Shown piece after piece: positions 39,191 to 49,534 of a stretch of 64,000 nt of DNA (its first letter is position 1; every line of letters starts with the position of its first letter). The translations under genes were made by a program, and so were the position numbers. The stretch spans positions 49,453 to 113,452 of IMG/VR virus record IMGVR_UViG_3300011113_000396; one strand, given 5' to 3'. The notes under the pieces were generated by a model. That model did no database searches. It worked only from the letters and a program-made list of their open reading frames with translations, and was not told the origin of the DNA. Source of the stretch: a virus.

Positions 39191-39485
39191 CTTACGCCCC
39201 GACATGAATGCGGAGACCATGCCATTAGAAGTTGCTGATGGTAAATTTAAAGGTTACGTCTTCACTCTTGGTAAAATTCACATCAAGGAAGACAATGACC
39301 AGTTGCTTTTGGACTTCACTTATGATATTCTAGAGGGAGATATCACAGGCATTCCAAAGAAAGAATTTGATGTCATTGTAGGTGATATTGTTGTCCAATT
39401 ACTTGAGGAAGAAGAAGCCCGTATAGGCAAGGAGCCAATTGATGTCGATGGAGAAAATTATATTGAAGAATCTAGCGACGAATGA
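39177..39485 (+). CDS. Hypothetical protein, gp40 position (possible head vertex assembly chaperone)
   Basis: Between uvsX and gp41 as in T4; G.F.G......K.....L.F.YDI. Confidence 0.5.
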   Translation: MKKYNLRPDMNAETMPLEVADGKFKGYVFTLGKIHIKEDNDQLLLDFTYDILEGDITGIPKKEFDVIVGDIVVQLLEEEEARIGKEPIDVDGENYIEESSDE

Positions 39486-40836
39486 GACTTACGCCAGAAA
39501 GGTTCATCCGTTCCTCAAGCAAGAATATTTTGGCAGCACTACTACAAAGACTGTCTTTGATCTAATCAATAACTTCATTTCGAAGTACAATAGCCTCCCC
39601 TCAAGGGAGGCTATGATTATTTCTCTTAACGAGATGGACATTGTTTCCGAGGATCAATACAAGGAAACACATGAATGTATCGAAGAAATTTTTTCTAATT
39701 CTGAGTCAAGTGAACTTACTTGGCTCGTAGAACAAACTGAAAACCATGTTAAGGACAAGGCTGTTTACAACGCAATCATGGATTCAATTCATATCATTGA
39801 AGGTAAGTCCAAGACATACACAAAGAACGCCATTCCTAGTATTCTTTCTAATGCATTGTCAGTATCCTTTGATAATCATATCGGCCACGATTATATTGAT
39901 GATGCAGAGCGACGATTTGCCTTCTACCACCAAGTAGAAAAGCGGGTTCCATTTGATCTTGAGTTTTTCAATGCCATTACTGGTGGTGGTGTGCCATCCA
40001 AAACACTTAATATTGTCATGGCGGGTACAGGTGTAGGTAAATCACTATTCCTTTGCCATCACGCAGCCAATTGCTTGATGCAGAATCTAAATGTACTTTA
40101 CATTACATGCGAAATGGCTGAAGAGCGGATTGCAGAACGCATTGACGCAAATCTACTGGATATCACGATTGACGATCTCAAGACCCTGCCTAAGTCCATC
40201 TACGACAAGAAGATTGCAGATCTTCAATCTACGATCAAGTCCAAACTTATTGTCAAGGAATATCCAACAGCATCAGCATCAGTCACTAACTTCAAACATC
40301 TACTGGATGAATTGAAGATTAAAAAGCGATTTGTGCCTGATGTTATTTTCATTGATTATTTGAATATCTGTGCATCTGCTCGGCTCAAGGCTGGTGCGAA
40401 TGTGGGTAGCTATTACTACATTAAGGCTATTGCCGAAGAGATTCGTGGGTTGGCAGTGGAATACAATGTGCCAATCTTCTCTGCTACCCAAGTCAATCGT
40501 TCGGGATTTGCCAATAGTGATTTTGGTCTTGAGGACACATCTGAATCATTCGGTCTACCAGCAACTGCGGATTTCTTTGTTGCACTTATCGCCACGGAAG
40601 AACTCGATGAACTTGACCAAATTATGGTCAAGCAGTTGAAGAATCGCTATAATAGCGCAACGGTAAACAAGAAGTTCGTCCTTGGCATCAATCGGGCAAA
40701 GATGAAGCTCTTTGATGTCAAGCGCGAAGAACAGCAGAATATTTCTGAGTCAAATCAGAACAATCCTCATGGGTATGGGGATGGATTTGACGGTAAGAAG
40801 TTTAGCCGTGACTTTAGCGACTGGACGATTGAATGA
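39448..40836 (+). CDS. gp41: Replicative DNA helicase
   Basis: AGTGVGKS, EMAEERIAERIDAN, KEYPT, IDYLNIC, ATQ.NRSG, SESFGLPATAD, KQLKNRY. Confidence 0.97.
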   Translation: MEKIILKNLATNETYARKVHPFLKQEYFGSTTTKTVFDLINNFISKYNSLPSREAMIISLNEMDIVSEDQYKETHECIEEIFSNSESSELTWLVEQTENHVKDKAVYNAIMDSIHIIEGKSKTYTKNAIPSILSNALSVSFDNHIGHDYIDDAERRFAFYHQVEKRVPFDLEFFNAITGGGVPSKTLNIVMAGTGVGKSLFLCHHAANCLMQNLNVLYITCEMAEERIAERIDANLLDITIDDLKTLPKSIYDKKIADLQSTIKSKLIVKEYPTASASVTNFKHLLDELKIKKRFVPDVIFIDYLNICASARLKAGANVGSYYYIKAIAEEIRGLAVEYNVPIFSATQVNRSGFANSDFGLEDTSESFGLPATADFFVALIATEELDELDQIMVKQLKNRYNSATVNKKFVLGINRAKMKLFDVKREEQQNISESNQNNPHGYGDGFDGKKFSRDFSDWTIE

Positions 40837-41840
40837 GCGCATACATTGACAAGATGTTCATTAACATGGTTTCCGACAACCTGAAAAGGTTTAAATGGAA
40901 GAAAGACAATCTTGCTAATTGTCGCTGTCCATTCTGCGGAGATTCCAAGAAGCGTAAGAACATTGCCCGGGGGTATTTCTACCAAAAGGGCAATGATTTC
41001 TTTTTCCGTTGCCATAACTGTGGATACGGCACTAATCTTTACAATTTCTTGGACAACATGAACCCAAATCTTGCCAAAGAATACGCTTTGCGTAGATTTA
41101 CCTGTGGAGAAAATGGAAGATCCAATTACAAGAAACCAAAGAATGAAGAACTTTTTACCCCAAGCAAGAAAGTTGCTATATTCGAAAAGCCGATCAATAG
41201 CGTCAATGTTTGTGACCTTAGTCCTGATGATAAAGTCGTTCAGTATCTTGAAAGTCGTAAGATTCCCGATGAATCGCTGTGCTATTTTTATTACACCGAG
41301 GACTTCTCACAACTCGCCAAATACTTTGATCCCGAGCACAATCTCAAACCAGAGCCGAGACTCGTCATTCCATTCTATAATGACTCAAAGGAACTCATTG
41401 GAGTCCAAGGTCGTGCGTTGGAAGCAGATTCCAAAATCCGCTATATTACTCTCAAGAAGGATTCGGTGGAGAAATTATGGTATGGACTTTGGAGAGTGAA
41501 TCCAGAGGAACCAATCTATATCACAGAAGGACCGATTGACAGCATCTTCCTACCTAACTCTCTTGCAATGGTTGGTGCTGCTGGGGACATGAAGCTTCCT
41601 GAGAAGATTGCAAAGAGTGAGGTAATCTATGTCTTTGATAACGAGAAGCGCAACAAACAGATATGTGCGTTTATGGAAACTGTCATTGAGAAAGGCCATA
41701 AGATTCTTATTTGGCCAGATGTTAAGGTCAAGGATATTAACGACTATGTTCTTGCGTTTGGTGATCCGATGGCTATGATACGCTCCAATACGCATTCAGG
41801 TCTTGAAGCAAAATTGAGGTTTATGAAATGGAAAAAGTAA
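40833..41840 (+). CDS. gp61: DNA primase
   Basis: CRCPFCGDS and CHNCG zinc finger, RLVIPF, QGR, EGPIDS, DNE.RN, KDIND. Confidence 0.96.
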   Translation: MSAYIDKMFINMVSDNLKRFKWKKDNLANCRCPFCGDSKKRKNIARGYFYQKGNDFFFRCHNCGYGTNLYNFLDNMNPNLAKEYALRRFTCGENGRSNYKKPKNEELFTPSKKVAIFEKPINSVNVCDLSPDDKVVQYLESRKIPDESLCYFYYTEDFSQLAKYFDPEHNLKPEPRLVIPFYNDSKELIGVQGRALEADSKIRYITLKKDSVEKLWYGLWRVNPEEPIYITEGPIDSIFLPNSLAMVGAAGDMKLPEKIAKSEVIYVFDNEKRNKQICAFMETVIEKGHKILIWPDVKVKDINDYVLAFGDPMAMIRSNTHSGLEAKLRFMKWKK

Positions 41841-42532
41841 ATGTACTTGATAAGGGTTTCGTTCGACTCATTGAAGTGATGGGTTCTGATTTGACTGTTG
41901 TAAATGCGGCCAGAGTCTCGTTCCACAAGGAATCATCTTGGGACGGAGAACAGCACTGGACCGGATCAATTACTGGTAAGACCCTACCAGACAAGGACAA
42001 GAAGCTTATTTCGTATCTGGCCAAGCACAAGCATTGGACCCCCTTTGCCCATCCCCAGATCATGCTCCATATCAAGGCCCCTATTTCGATTCGTACTCAG
42101 CTTTTTAAGCACAAGGTCGGATTCGTTGAAAATGAAATTTCTCGTCGGTATGTAACCGAAGAACCCGAAATTTACACTCCAAAATGGCGCACAAAGCCCA
42201 CAAATGGGGCCAAACAGGGGTCAGAAGACTTTCTTACCAATGAAGACACACTAGCGGCTGCTGAGGCCATGTATTTTGAGGTGGCTAGCGATGCCCTAAA
42301 GACCTACCAATGGCTCATTGGGGCGGGAATTGCCCCAGAACAGGCTCGGTTTGCCCTACCACAGGGTACATACACCGAATGGTACTGGACGGGTTCTCTG
42401 GCCGCTTATGCCCGTGTTTTTAAGCAAAGAATTGACCCCCACGCTCAATGGGAGGTTCGGGAATACGCAAATGCCATGGGTAGTCTAATTCAACCTAATT
42501 TCCCAGTCTGTTGGGCAGAACTTACCAAGTAA
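41828..42532 (+). CDS. thyX: Flavin-dependent thymidylate synthase
   Basis: VVNAARVSF, H.HWTPF.H, NEISRRY, PEQAR..LP, HAQWEVR. Confidence 0.96.
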   Translation: MEKVNVLDKGFVRLIEVMGSDLTVVNAARVSFHKESSWDGEQHWTGSITGKTLPDKDKKLISYLAKHKHWTPFAHPQIMLHIKAPISIRTQLFKHKVGFVENEISRRYVTEEPEIYTPKWRTKPTNGAKQGSEDFLTNEDTLAAAEAMYFEVASDALKTYQWLIGAGIAPEQARFALPQGTYTEWYWTGSLAAYARVFKQRIDPHAQWEVREYANAMGSLIQPNFPVCWAELTK

Positions 42533-42586
42533 ATATTGACTAAATACCCAACACGGCTAGAATGCCACAACAATAAGGAAAATTTA

Positions 42587-44350
42587 ATGCAATTACCGAC
42601 CCCATACCAGAGTTTTATCCATTCTTCGCGTTATGCTCGTTGGATAGAGGCAGAATCGCGCAGAGAATCGTGGTCAGAGACTGTTTCTCGTTATTTTAAT
42701 TTCTTCGAAGAACATTTGAAGAATAACTGCAACTACAAACTTCCCAAGGAACTACGAAAGGAACTTGAAGCTGCCGTGCTCAATCTAGAAGTCATGCCAT
42801 CCATGCGTTGTCTCATGACCGCAGGAGAGGCACTTGAGCGCGATCATGTGGCTGGATATAATTGCTCATACGTTTCTACAAACAAAGTTCGTTCTTTTGA
42901 TGAAATTTTATATATCCTTATGTGCGGAACCGGTGTCGGGTTTTCCGTAGAAAGGGAATTCGTTGAAAAACTTCCTACTATTGCTGAAGAATTTACAGAT
43001 AGCGATTCACTCATTGTGGTTGAAGATTCTAAGATCGGTTGGGCTAAAGCCTACAAAGAACTATTCTCGCTACTTATTGGTGGTCAGATACCGCGATGGG
43101 ACATTTCAAAAATTCGCCCTGCGGGAGCGAGACTTAAGACCTTTGGTGGACGAGCGTCAGGACCTGAACCTCTGGAAGACCTTTTCCGCTTTACCGTTGA
43201 AACCTTCCGTAAGGCAGCTGGTCGTAAACTCACGACGGTCGAATGCCACGATATCGTATGCAAAATTGCTGAAATCGTCGTTGTAGGTGGCGTTCGTCGT
43301 TCTGCTCTCATCTCTCTATCGTCACTTGACGATGACCGTATGCGTAATGCAAAGAGCGGTGCATGGTGGGAGAACAATGGTCAACGCGCACTAGCAAACA
43401 ACTCTGCCTCATACAAGAGCAAGCCAGACATGGAAACCTTCATGGACGAATGGGTTGCACTTGTCAAGAGCAAGAGCGGTGAGCGTGGTATCTTCAATCG
43501 TCAGGCCGCAAAGAACCAGATCAAGCGTCTTGGTGATCGTCGCAATCCAAACTATGACTTCGGAACCAATCCTTGCTCAGAAATTATTTTGCGTGATCGT
43601 GAGTTCTGCAACCTATCTGAAGTCGTGATTCGTGCTGACGATACTCCAGATACTCTTGCTCGTAAGGTTCGTCTTGCTACCATTCTTGGTACATTCCAGT
43701 CAACTCTTACAAAGTTCCGCTACCTGTCAAGCGATTGGCAGAAGAACTGTGAAGAAGAGCGTCTGCTTGGTGTGTCTCTGACTGGTATCATGGATAACGA
43801 GATCACTAATGGTCGTGCGGGTGATCTACCAGATCTACTTGAGCATCTACGCCATGTCGCGGTGGATACTAACAAGGAGTATGCTCATAAGCTAAAAATC
43901 AACGAGTCTGCTGCAATCACTTGCGTCAAACCTTCAGGGTGTGGAACTTTAGACACTAAAATTAAAACTACAAATGGTATTATGTCATTTGCTGAGATAT
44001 TTGAATTCTGTGGAAAAGATCCAGAAAATCTATTAGAGGGATCGTGGGTACAACCACCTGTTGAATTGTTTGTATATGATCAAAACGACGATCTAAGAAA
44101 GGTTACAAATCTCTATGTAAAGGGTATGTCACCCGTATTTGAGATTGAAGATGAACACGGTAATGTTTATAAATTTTCACCAGAACATAAATTACTGACC
44201 AATAATGGTTGGAAGTGTATGCGAGAATTAACTACAGATGACTACATCATGTCATTTGATCCTCTTGAAAATCTTAAAACACTATATACTAGTGGTGTAT
44301 TAAACCAAGAGGAAGTTAATGAATCGAAAGAAAATAAGACGTTATTATAA
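42587..44350 (+). CDS. nrdJ: Class II (B12) ribonucleotide reductase N-extein fused to split intein N-half
   Basis: SRYARW, MPSMR, GYNC, GTGVGFS, GGVRRSALI, GTNPCSEI, CNLSE, TCVKPSG then CGTLDT...SPEH. Confidence 0.93.
   Translation: MQLPTPYQSFIHSSRYARWIEAESRRESWSETVSRYFNFFEEHLKNNCNYKLPKELRKELEAAVLNLEVMPSMRCLMTAGEALERDHVAGYNCSYVSTNKVRSFDEILYILMCGTGVGFSVEREFVEKLPTIAEEFTDSDSLIVVEDSKIGWAKAYKELFSLLIGGQIPRWDISKIRPAGARLKTFGGRASGPEPLEDLFRFTVETFRKAAGRKLTTVECHDIVCKIAEIVVVGGVRRSALISLSSLDDDRMRNAKSGAWWENNGQRALANNSASYKSKPDMETFMDEWVALVKSKSGERGIFNRQAAKNQIKRLGDRRNPNYDFGTNPCSEIILRDREFCNLSEVVIRADDTPDTLARKVRLATILGTFQSTLTKFRYLSSDWQKNCEEERLLGVSLTGIMDNEITNGRAGDLPDLLEHLRHVAVDTNKEYAHKLKINESAAITCVKPSGCGTLDTKIKTTNGIMSFAEIFEFCGKDPENLLEGSWVQPPVELFVYDQNDDLRKVTNLYVKGMSPVFEIEDEHGNVYKFSPEHKLLTNNGWKCMRELTTDDYIMSFDPLENLKTLYTSGVLNQEEVNESKENKTLL
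43940..44347 (+). mobile_element. Split intein N-half (136 aa incl. tail) in nrdJ
   Basis: Cys1 CGTLDTKIKTTNG, block B FSPEHKLLT..GW; sequence turns AT-rich at the junction. Confidence 0.88.
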
Positions 44351-44957
44351 GGAAAATAAAGGACCAATACCAAAAGGATATGAAATACATCACATAATTC
44401 CTCTTTACGAGGGAGGATCAAATGATATTTCAAATCTAATAGCACTTTCATTTGAAGATCATAAAAAAATACACCATGAAAGATATTTAAAAAATGGTAA
44501 TGTTAGAGATTTGATGGCTAGTAAAATTGGAATATCATCTTCTCAACTAAAACTAGAAAAATGTAGATTGGGTGGTAAAAAAGGCGCAGAAACGCAAATA
44601 AAAAATAAAATTGGAATTCACTCTCAAACAAAAGAAGAAAGATTGATATTAGCGTCCAAGGGTGGTAAACGAGGAGCATTTACTCAATCGAAATGGCAAT
44701 CTGAATTTGGAAAACGGGGTGGAATCAAAAATAAAGGTTTTGTTTGGTTGACTAATGGTATTGATAATATTAAATATACAAAAAAACAACAACAATTAAA
44801 AAGCATAAAACAGTTCATTGAAGAAAATAAAGACTATAGAATAGGAAGAACAGAACCTAAACTCATCTGTTCTGTGTGTGGAAAACAATTAAACGCAAGA
44901 GCAATCGGAAGATTTCATAACGAAAGGTGTAAACATGGTAAAAATAAAATCAATTAA
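44319..44957 (+). CDS. HNH homing endonuclease between the nrdJ halves
   Basis: EIHHIIPL..GG.ND..NL..L...H...H; GGK.G repeats; W.TNG; C-terminal CSVCGK..H...C. Confidence 0.9.
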   Translation: MNRKKIRRYYKENKGPIPKGYEIHHIIPLYEGGSNDISNLIALSFEDHKKIHHERYLKNGNVRDLMASKIGISSSQLKLEKCRLGGKKGAETQIKNKIGIHSQTKEERLILASKGGKRGAFTQSKWQSEFGKRGGIKNKGFVWLTNGIDNIKYTKKQQQLKSIKQFIEENKDYRIGRTEPKLICSVCGKQLNARAIGRFHNERCKHGKNKIN

Positions 44958-45612
44958 AAAACTTTCACCCGAATTTATGGTCGATATAGAGGTAGAGGGT
45001 ACTCACTCATATCAACTATCCAACGGATGGATTTCTCACAATACAGTTTCGCAACTTGTGGATGCTGCTTCGGGTATTCATGCTCGTCACGCTAGTTATT
45101 ACATTCGTCGTGTTCGCGCTGACCGTAAGGACCCAATCTGCCAGTTTATGATTGACAAGGGATTCCCTGCCGAGCCATGCGTAATGAAGCCAAACCATAC
45201 TATGGTCTTCTCATTCCCCATGAAGTCTCCTGAACATTGCATTACTCGTAATGACATGACCGCTCTTGAGCAGTTGCAACTCTGGCTAACATATCAACAG
45301 TACTGGTGCGAACATAAGCCAAGCGTTACCATCACTGTTCGTGATGAGGAGTGGATGGAAGTCGGGGCGTGGGTATATTCTCACTTCGATGAGATCAGCG
45401 GTATTTCGTTCCTTCCGCACTCAGATCATACTTATCGTCAGGCTCCCTATGAAGATTGCACTAGAGAGCAATACGAGGCACTTTTGAATAAGATTCCATC
45501 AACAGTGGATTGGTCAGAACTGTCTAAGTATGAAAAGGAAGACAACACCACTGGCACACAAACATTCAGTTGCACTGCTGGCTCATGTGAGCTAGTAGAT
45601 TTGACTAAATAA
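44935..45612 (+). CDS. nrdJ: Split intein C-half (36 aa) fused to NrdJ C-extein
   Basis: MVKIKSIKK...MVDIEV.GTHSY.L.NG.ISHN then TVSQLVDAASGIH, YYIRRVR, WCEHKPSVT, GISFLP, terminal CTAGSC. Confidence 0.93.
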   Translation: MVKIKSIKKLSPEFMVDIEVEGTHSYQLSNGWISHNTVSQLVDAASGIHARHASYYIRRVRADRKDPICQFMIDKGFPAEPCVMKPNHTMVFSFPMKSPEHCITRNDMTALEQLQLWLTYQQYWCEHKPSVTITVRDEEWMEVGAWVYSHFDEISGISFLPHSDHTYRQAPYEDCTREQYEALLNKIPSTVDWSELSKYEKEDNTTGTQTFSCTAGSCELVDLTK

Positions 45613-45636
45613 ATTACAATTTAATATTACGCACTG

Positions 45637-45672
45637 GCGACCCTATCGGTAAAACGATAGGGTCGCTTTTTT
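45637..45672 (+). terminator. Rho-independent terminator after nrdJ-C
   Basis: Perfect 12-bp stem GCGACCCTATCG/CGATAGGGTCGC plus T6. Confidence 0.92.
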
Positions 45673-45685
45673 GCCTAAATAGTAT

Positions 45686-46246
45686 ATGATTGTAGCCGGA
45701 ATTGATTATTCTTTAACGTGTCCGTGCATTTGCATCTATAATGACTTCAATAAAAAGAAGGTATTTAAATTTGAAGATTGCATGTTTTTCTTTTTGACAG
45801 ACATCAAAAAATACGCTGATGTATTTTATAATAACATTCGCGGCGAGCTTTTTCCAAAATACGATAGCAGTTGCCAGAGGTACGATAGCATTTCAGATTG
45901 GGCGGTTGATTTGTTAATTGGATGTGATATGGTTGCAATTGAAGATTATGCTTATAATGCTAAAGGAAGAGTATTTCATATAGCAGAAAATACTGGTATA
46001 TTGAAATATAAACTGTATCAAAAAGCCATTCCAATCGAAGTTGTACAGCCTACCGTTGTTAAGAAGTTCGCAACAGGTAAAGGTAACTCAGATAAGAATA
46101 ACATGTACAAGTTCTTTTTAATGGAAACGGCTGCTGATATCAAAGGAATCATTACTCCCGGAAAAGACGAATCGACCAATCCGGTTAGTGATGTGGTCGA
46201 TTCGTATTATATCTGTAAGCACTTATATAAAAGTATGATTACCTAA
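45686..46246 (+). CDS. RuvC-like nuclease / resolvase
   Basis: GIDYS, VAIEDYAY, IAENTG.LKY, PT.VKKFATGKGN..K, DVVDSY; CCTAAATA late box. Confidence 0.75.
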   Translation: MIVAGIDYSLTCPCICIYNDFNKKKVFKFEDCMFFFLTDIKKYADVFYNNIRGELFPKYDSSCQRYDSISDWAVDLLIGCDMVAIEDYAYNAKGRVFHIAENTGILKYKLYQKAIPIEVVQPTVVKKFATGKGNSDKNNMYKFFLMETAADIKGIITPGKDESTNPVSDVVDSYYICKHLYKSMIT

Positions 46247-48995
46247 CCGTTGGTGGGTTAATCGGTGAAGGTGGAACGACTGGTGATGAAGGCTTTATCT
46301 GAGCTTTCTCTAATTGTTCTCTAGCTGCTTTCTGCATAGCTTCTAAGTATGCTAATCTCGCTCTACCAGCAATTATGGCTGATTTTTGTATGTCAGTTTC
46401 TGATGTTAGTTCTCTACCTAAAAGACCAGCTTCTTCTAATTCATCGTAAAACTGTTTCTGGTATGAAGTTAAATCACCTGATGGTCTTACTTGAGCTGGC
46501 ATTTTTGGTTGTTTTAGTAATCTTTCTGTATCAGCTCTCAATCGATCTTGCTGTTCTTTTGAAAGATTTTTAGCTGATTCGTAGAATTCTTTCAAACTAC
46601 CTTGCATTTTTGGAGGTTGGAACATAGATCCTATGAGATGTACGCCAGCTTCAGCAGCTGTTGGAATTGCTAATGCTGCTGCTGCCATTTTAGGATATAA
46701 CCCCGGCATTCTAGCTAGTTGCTGCGATGCTCTAATAGAAAATGGAGTTGCTGCCATACCAACTCCAGCACCGACTAAATTGGTTGTAGCTGATGTGTCA
46801 GTACCAAGTCCTTTAGAAATAAAATCTATTGCCAATCCCTGAGCCGCGCTAGGCAACCCGCCTCTTAATATATTACCTTTAAATGTACCTCCACGCTCCA
46901 TCATACTTGCTAAAGTACCAGCAGTTCCATATGAAGTAGCACTTTGAGCTACATCTCTAACAGCTTGGTTTGGGCTATTTGGATCGAATCCAAATATGGA
47001 CCATTCCCCCACTTTCTCCATAGCGTAATCTGATCCTAGATTTGCACCTACAATCTTAGCAACGTCAAATACACCTTTACCAACTTTTAAGAGTTTTGCA
47101 TCTCTTTTATATGCAGAAGTTATTTCAGGTGCTTCTCCATACAACTCTCTTGCTCTAGCTAACAATTCAGCGTGTTCTGGGGTTGCTGCTGGAGCATCTA
47201 ATTTCATTTCTTTGCCCAATGGAGAAAGAGGTCTTGCAGAATCAGCAAAGGCAAATCTACCAGCAGATCTGTCAAATCTTAAAACCCCAGAATCAATCAT
47301 TTCTTCAACTGATAATGCTCTTGTTAAAGTACCTTGTGCAGCACTTGTCTCAAGAGTTGTAATTGTGGCTGGTCTTACCCTCCATTTATTTTGAGCAACA
47401 TCAAATTCATAACCCGATCCAATTTGAGAAAGTTGTCTTACTTGCTGAAGTGGAGTAAGCTCAGTCGATCCCCTTACTCTTTTGACTTTATATTCATTCT
47501 TGGCAGGATCATATTCAAATTCTGCATTAAAATATTCTTTTTCATCTAGAATTCCTAATGCTTCTTTTTGTCTCTCTCTGATGACAGCAGGATCGGTTGA
47601 TTTATAAGTAGTATCTAAATCAGCAAAAGTTTTCAAAAGTGGTGATGATCCAGTTTCATTGAATTGCAACTGATCAATCATTTTTCTTCTTACAACATCA
47701 GCAGCTGCTTCTGCTGGATCACCCATTAGAGCGGGTCTGCCTTGTCTAGCAATATCTGGATCTAATAATTTTGGATTTCCAAATTGCCGTGCAAGTTGAG
47801 TGACATCACCATATGCAGCATCAAAAATTGGCTCAAGTACTTGTCTTATCTTTGCCTTTTTATGTGCTTTGTAAATTTCTTGCATCTCTCTAAATTGACT
47901 GTCAGCCAAAGCCCTAATTCTAGGATCGATAGCTGTTCCCGGTCTAACCTGAGCTAAACCAGCTGCATCTACATCTTGTACAACGAATCCAGCCTGTTTA
48001 AGTTGATCTTCTAATTGTCTATATCTTTCGTACATAGATCCCGATGCGGGTGCTTTAGCCCTTTTACCACCGGGAATCGGATCTATTCCAGCTTCAACCC
48101 TAAAGTCCTTTTTCATAGAATCGGCGTTGATATATCGATCTACTGAAATAGCTTTTGGCTGTTGAATATCACCCTGAGAAGTTTTATATCGATCAGATAT
48201 TCTACCTTCATCGCGGGGTTCTATAATGCCACTAATCAATTGATCAAGTTGATATTCTCTATTTGCTGATCTGCGAGCCTTTAATTGATCCTTATATTTT
48301 GCAACTTCAGTTTTTAATTGTTTATCTTTGCCTGTATCTGGTAAGGATGCTAATACATCATCTAAAAATGAATCATCTAGCAAGTCAGGATTTATTGCTG
48401 CTGCCTGACGCATATAATTATCTGGATCTGTAAATTTTAAATTTTCTCCTGCGATTTGTTCAATACTTTCACCAGCTTTTAGTTGAGCTTTAGCCGCACT
48501 TGCTTTTGGTGGAGTCTTTGCTCTTGATCTTTTATCAAATTCAAGTTTTGAAGCCAAGACTAAAGGAGTTAATTGAGCCATTTCTTTTTCAATATACATG
48601 TCCTTTCGACCAGTGTCTTCAGCCGCAGCCACTTGTGTTCTCAAATTATTGATTAATAGCTCTTCGCCGCGAGTTAGTTCTCCGGGAAGGGGTGGTGCGC
48701 CATCATAAGGAGTACCCAATCCAATCGCATATGCACGTTTAGCTCTTCCCTCATCAGCATACATGTTGAGGAGATCTTCTTCAATTTCAGCCTGTTCTTT
48801 CGCGGCAAGAATATCTTTTCTTGCCTTTTCTAGTTGCACACTTCGTTCTTGAGTCTGTTGTGCTGCTCTGGGATCAAGCAATGGATTTGGCCTACCACCA
48901 GAACCAGTTAGCATAGCTTCTTGCTCTGTAAGCAAGGATCTTCTTTTTGTGAGTATAGCAGCGTTAATTAAAGAACGATGTGATTTATAATCCAT
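46239..48995 (-). CDS. Large hypothetical protein, candidate internal/ejection protein
   Basis: 918 aa; TATAAATA 5 nt upstream; leader ending LLTE; Gly/Ala-rich hydrophobic stretches near C-terminus. Confidence 0.7.
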   Translation of the reverse strand: MDYKSHRSLINAAILTKRRSLLTEQEAMLTGSGGRPNPLLDPRAAQQTQERSVQLEKARKDILAAKEQAEIEEDLLNMYADEGRAKRAYAIGLGTPYDGAPPLPGELTRGEELLINNLRTQVAAAEDTGRKDMYIEKEMAQLTPLVLASKLEFDKRSRAKTPPKASAAKAQLKAGESIEQIAGENLKFTDPDNYMRQAAAINPDLLDDSFLDDVLASLPDTGKDKQLKTEVAKYKDQLKARRSANREYQLDQLISGIIEPRDEGRISDRYKTSQGDIQQPKAISVDRYINADSMKKDFRVEAGIDPIPGGKRAKAPASGSMYERYRQLEDQLKQAGFVVQDVDAAGLAQVRPGTAIDPRIRALADSQFREMQEIYKAHKKAKIRQVLEPIFDAAYGDVTQLARQFGNPKLLDPDIARQGRPALMGDPAEAAADVVRRKMIDQLQFNETGSSPLLKTFADLDTTYKSTDPAVIRERQKEALGILDEKEYFNAEFEYDPAKNEYKVKRVRGSTELTPLQQVRQLSQIGSGYEFDVAQNKWRVRPATITTLETSAAQGTLTRALSVEEMIDSGVLRFDRSAGRFAFADSARPLSPLGKEMKLDAPAATPEHAELLARARELYGEAPEITSAYKRDAKLLKVGKGVFDVAKIVGANLGSDYAMEKVGEWSIFGFDPNSPNQAVRDVAQSATSYGTAGTLASMMERGGTFKGNILRGGLPSAAQGLAIDFISKGLGTDTSATTNLVGAGVGMAATPFSIRASQQLARMPGLYPKMAAAALAIPTAAEAGVHLIGSMFQPPKMQGSLKEFYESAKNLSKEQQDRLRADTERLLKQPKMPAQVRPSGDLTSYQKQFYDELEEAGLLGRELTSETDIQKSAIIAGRARLAYLEAMQKAAREQLEKAQIKPSSPVVPPSPINPPTVR

Positions 48996-49003
48996 ACTAG
49001 TAT

Positions 49004-49534
49004 TTATACTTTTCTACGCTTTTTTCTACGAAGCATAGTAAGTTTGTTTCTAGCAGGAACGGCTATTTCATCTGTTTCTGGGGGATATCCTAATCCCTGA
49101 ATACCACCCCCACTAACTGAGTTTGCTGGTACTCCACCACCTTCACCTTCTTCTTTCAATAAGGCTCTGATGGAAATATTTTTCTTCATAAATGTATCCT
49201 CAAGAAGATACATCGCGTCATCGTTAGTTAGATTGTAATTTTTTGATTCTGCAAGGAATAGATTAAGAAGGGATAAGAAATTCCCATACTGGGCTTGAAA
49301 TTTTGGATCGGGGACCATGTCAAAATAATATTTAATCTTTACTATAATCACCTCCAGAGGATCAGCATTTTTTTCATCAATAGCAACTTCTGGGGGTATT
49401 AAAAAGTTTCCATCGTTGTCTATGATACCTTTGCGGTAAAGATCTAATGATGTGTAATCTGAATTGATCATCTGCACGAATTTGTACATCGTGAACGGAC
49501 GAACATACGCACTTGCTGACATATAATTACTCAT
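49004..49534 (-). CDS. Hypothetical protein (T4-like head-region type)
   Basis: Y..GIID.DG.FL; LLKEE then P.NSV.GG.I.GLG and basic tail. Confidence 0.7.
   Translation of the reverse strand: MSNYMSASAYVRPFTMYKFVQMINSDYTSLDLYRKGIIDNDGNFLIPPEVAIDEKNADPLEVIIVKIKYYFDMVPDPKFQAQYGNFLSLLNLFLAESKNYNLTNDDAMYLLEDTFMKKNISIRALLKEEGEGGGVPANSVSGGGIQGLGYPPETDEIAVPARNKLTMLRRKKRRKV

Noticed and set aside
36895-45612. uvsX and nrdJ as pseudogenes or group I intron-interrupted genes
   Set aside because: Both breaks are flanked by intact intein splice residues (Cys1, HN plus Ser/Thr), the C-halves have their own starts, and the exteins rejoin exactly; an antisense HNH and coding overlaps leave little room for a ribozyme core
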